Shown here in pieces: positions 62,990-64,000 of a DNA stretch of 64,000 nucleotides. The stretch is from Microthyrium microscopicum (taxonomy: Eukaryota): the NCBI GenBank assembly GCA_010405405.1, contig MU004231.1:2433860-2497859 (forward strand), given 5' to 3'. Position numbers and translations under genes: made by a program. The notes beneath the pieces are model-generated. The model ran no database searches. It was not told where the DNA came from and saw only the letters and a list, made by a program, of their open reading frames with translations. Numbering within the stretch: the stretch's first letter is position 1; every line of letters starts with the position of its first letter.

Positions 62990-64000
62990 CTAGATACTCC
63001 CATGAGAAAGCCTAGCCGCCTCCTCAACCTTCCACTTCAAATTATGAAAGTCCAATCCCGTACTGGCCCCAATAACCAAACTAGCCCAGAAGCACTTATT
63101 CCTTGAATCCTCAGCCCAAGCCGTAATGATAATCTTCCCCTTCTCAATCTCGGCCTTCAATTCATTGTAGAACTGCTTCTTCGGAATAATCACCCGAATT
63201 ACAGACACCAGGCGAGCCAATTTACACCCCCTATTCGTAAGGAACGAATGCAGGGCACCCAATATCATCGACCCAGGTGGCCGCACATTGAGGTCGACAA
63301 TGTATTGTTTCAGATTCTCCTCATGGTCAAGAACATCGATGCCAGCGGCGCCGTAGTACCCGTTTTTGTGCAGATATGCGGCAGCGGAAGCGACGGTCTC
63401 GGCGTAGAGAGCAGCGAGAGACATCTGTCTGGTATAGTCTATCTCTGCACCTTTCCAGGAAAGGTTTTTATGGTTGTCAAAGACTTGATCTGCGATGCAG
63501 AGGAGTTTATGTGAGCCGTCTTTGTTGACGAAGAAGGTTATTGCGTAGCTGCGTGTGTGTGGGATATATTCGCTGAGTACCAGGGCGCCGGGCTGGAGAT
63601 GTTGATTTTCGGAGTTGACGACGCGGATGCTGTTGTTGAGGAGGTCGGGTAGTTCTTTGAGGAGAGTTTTGAGGTCGCTGGGGGTGCGTATTATGTAGAT
63701 TCCTTGGCCGAAGACTGTTTGGTTGAGCTTTAGGACGAACGGCAGTGTTGTGGAGGTGATTTTGATCGTGGCGGACGTCTTCCAGGCTTCGCGGGTGGTG
63801 GAGTTGGTGAGGACTGAGGCTGGTATTTCGATGTTTTCGCTGCGTGGGATCGGAAGACCAGAGTTGGCAAGCCATGTCTTCGATAGAAGCTGATAATGAA
63901 CGTCTGGATCAAGCACGTGTGGTATTGGACGGAGTTTGCTAAGTGGAAGTCGAGTGGCTAGCAAGTCTGTGCTGCTCGGATTCACCACATCGTCAGGAAA
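62990..64000 (-). CDS. ATP-grasp domain protein (fungal 'solid-state culture-specific' type), 5'-partial
   Basis: DPDVHYQLLSKTWLANSGLP, LPFVLK..Q...GQG, LSEYIP, GYYGAAGIDVL and IVDLNVR motifs; the frame runs open to the window edge. Confidence 0.82.
   Translation of the reverse strand, partial: FPDDVVNPSSTDLLATRLPLSKLRPIPHVLDPDVHYQLLSKTWLANSGLPIPRSENIEIPASVLTNSTTREAWKTSATIKITSTTLPFVLKLNQTVFGQGIYIIRTPSDLKTLLKELPDLLNNSIRVVNSENQHLQPGALVLSEYIPHTRSYAITFFVNKDGSHKLLCIADQVFDNHKNLSWKGAEIDYTRQMSLAALYAETVASAAAYLHKNGYYGAAGIDVLDHEENLKQYIVDLNVRPPGSMILGALHSFLTNRGCKLARLVSVIRVIIPKKQFYNELKAEIEKGKIIITAWAEDSRNKCFWASLVIGASTGLDFHNLKWKVEEAARLSHGSI

Overview
This is fungal (filamentous ascomycete, probably Dothideomycete-like) genomic DNA with two compartments. 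Bases 1 to ~23,450 are an extremely AT-rich, TpA-rich block of transposon relics degraded by repeat-induced point mutation (RIP). It holds a minus-strand Ty3/gypsy element nested in the RT domain of a plus-strand chromodomain gypsy element, a probable RecQ-helicase/DUF3505-type relic, unassigned relics, and a complete 4.0-kb Tc1/mariner element. That element has ~37-bp TIRs, TA target duplications and a second, unknown cargo gene, and its right end coincides with the compartment border. From ~23.6 kb the sequence is GC-balanced and gene-rich, with intron-containing genes: haspin kinase, RAD26/CSB, pectin methylesterase, a GPI protein with prion-like Gly-Trp repeats, a UPF0132 membrane protein, an amidoligase-like protein with Som1/Flo8-type repeats, a RAD5/HLTF-like helicase, an SCI1-like protein, PER1, a conserved hypothetical protein, several secreted proteins, guanine deaminase (GC-AG intron) and a partial ATP-grasp protein. 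It also contains a perfect 218-bp MITE and a methyltransferase pseudogene. All calls come from manual reading and motif recognition; no database searches were run.
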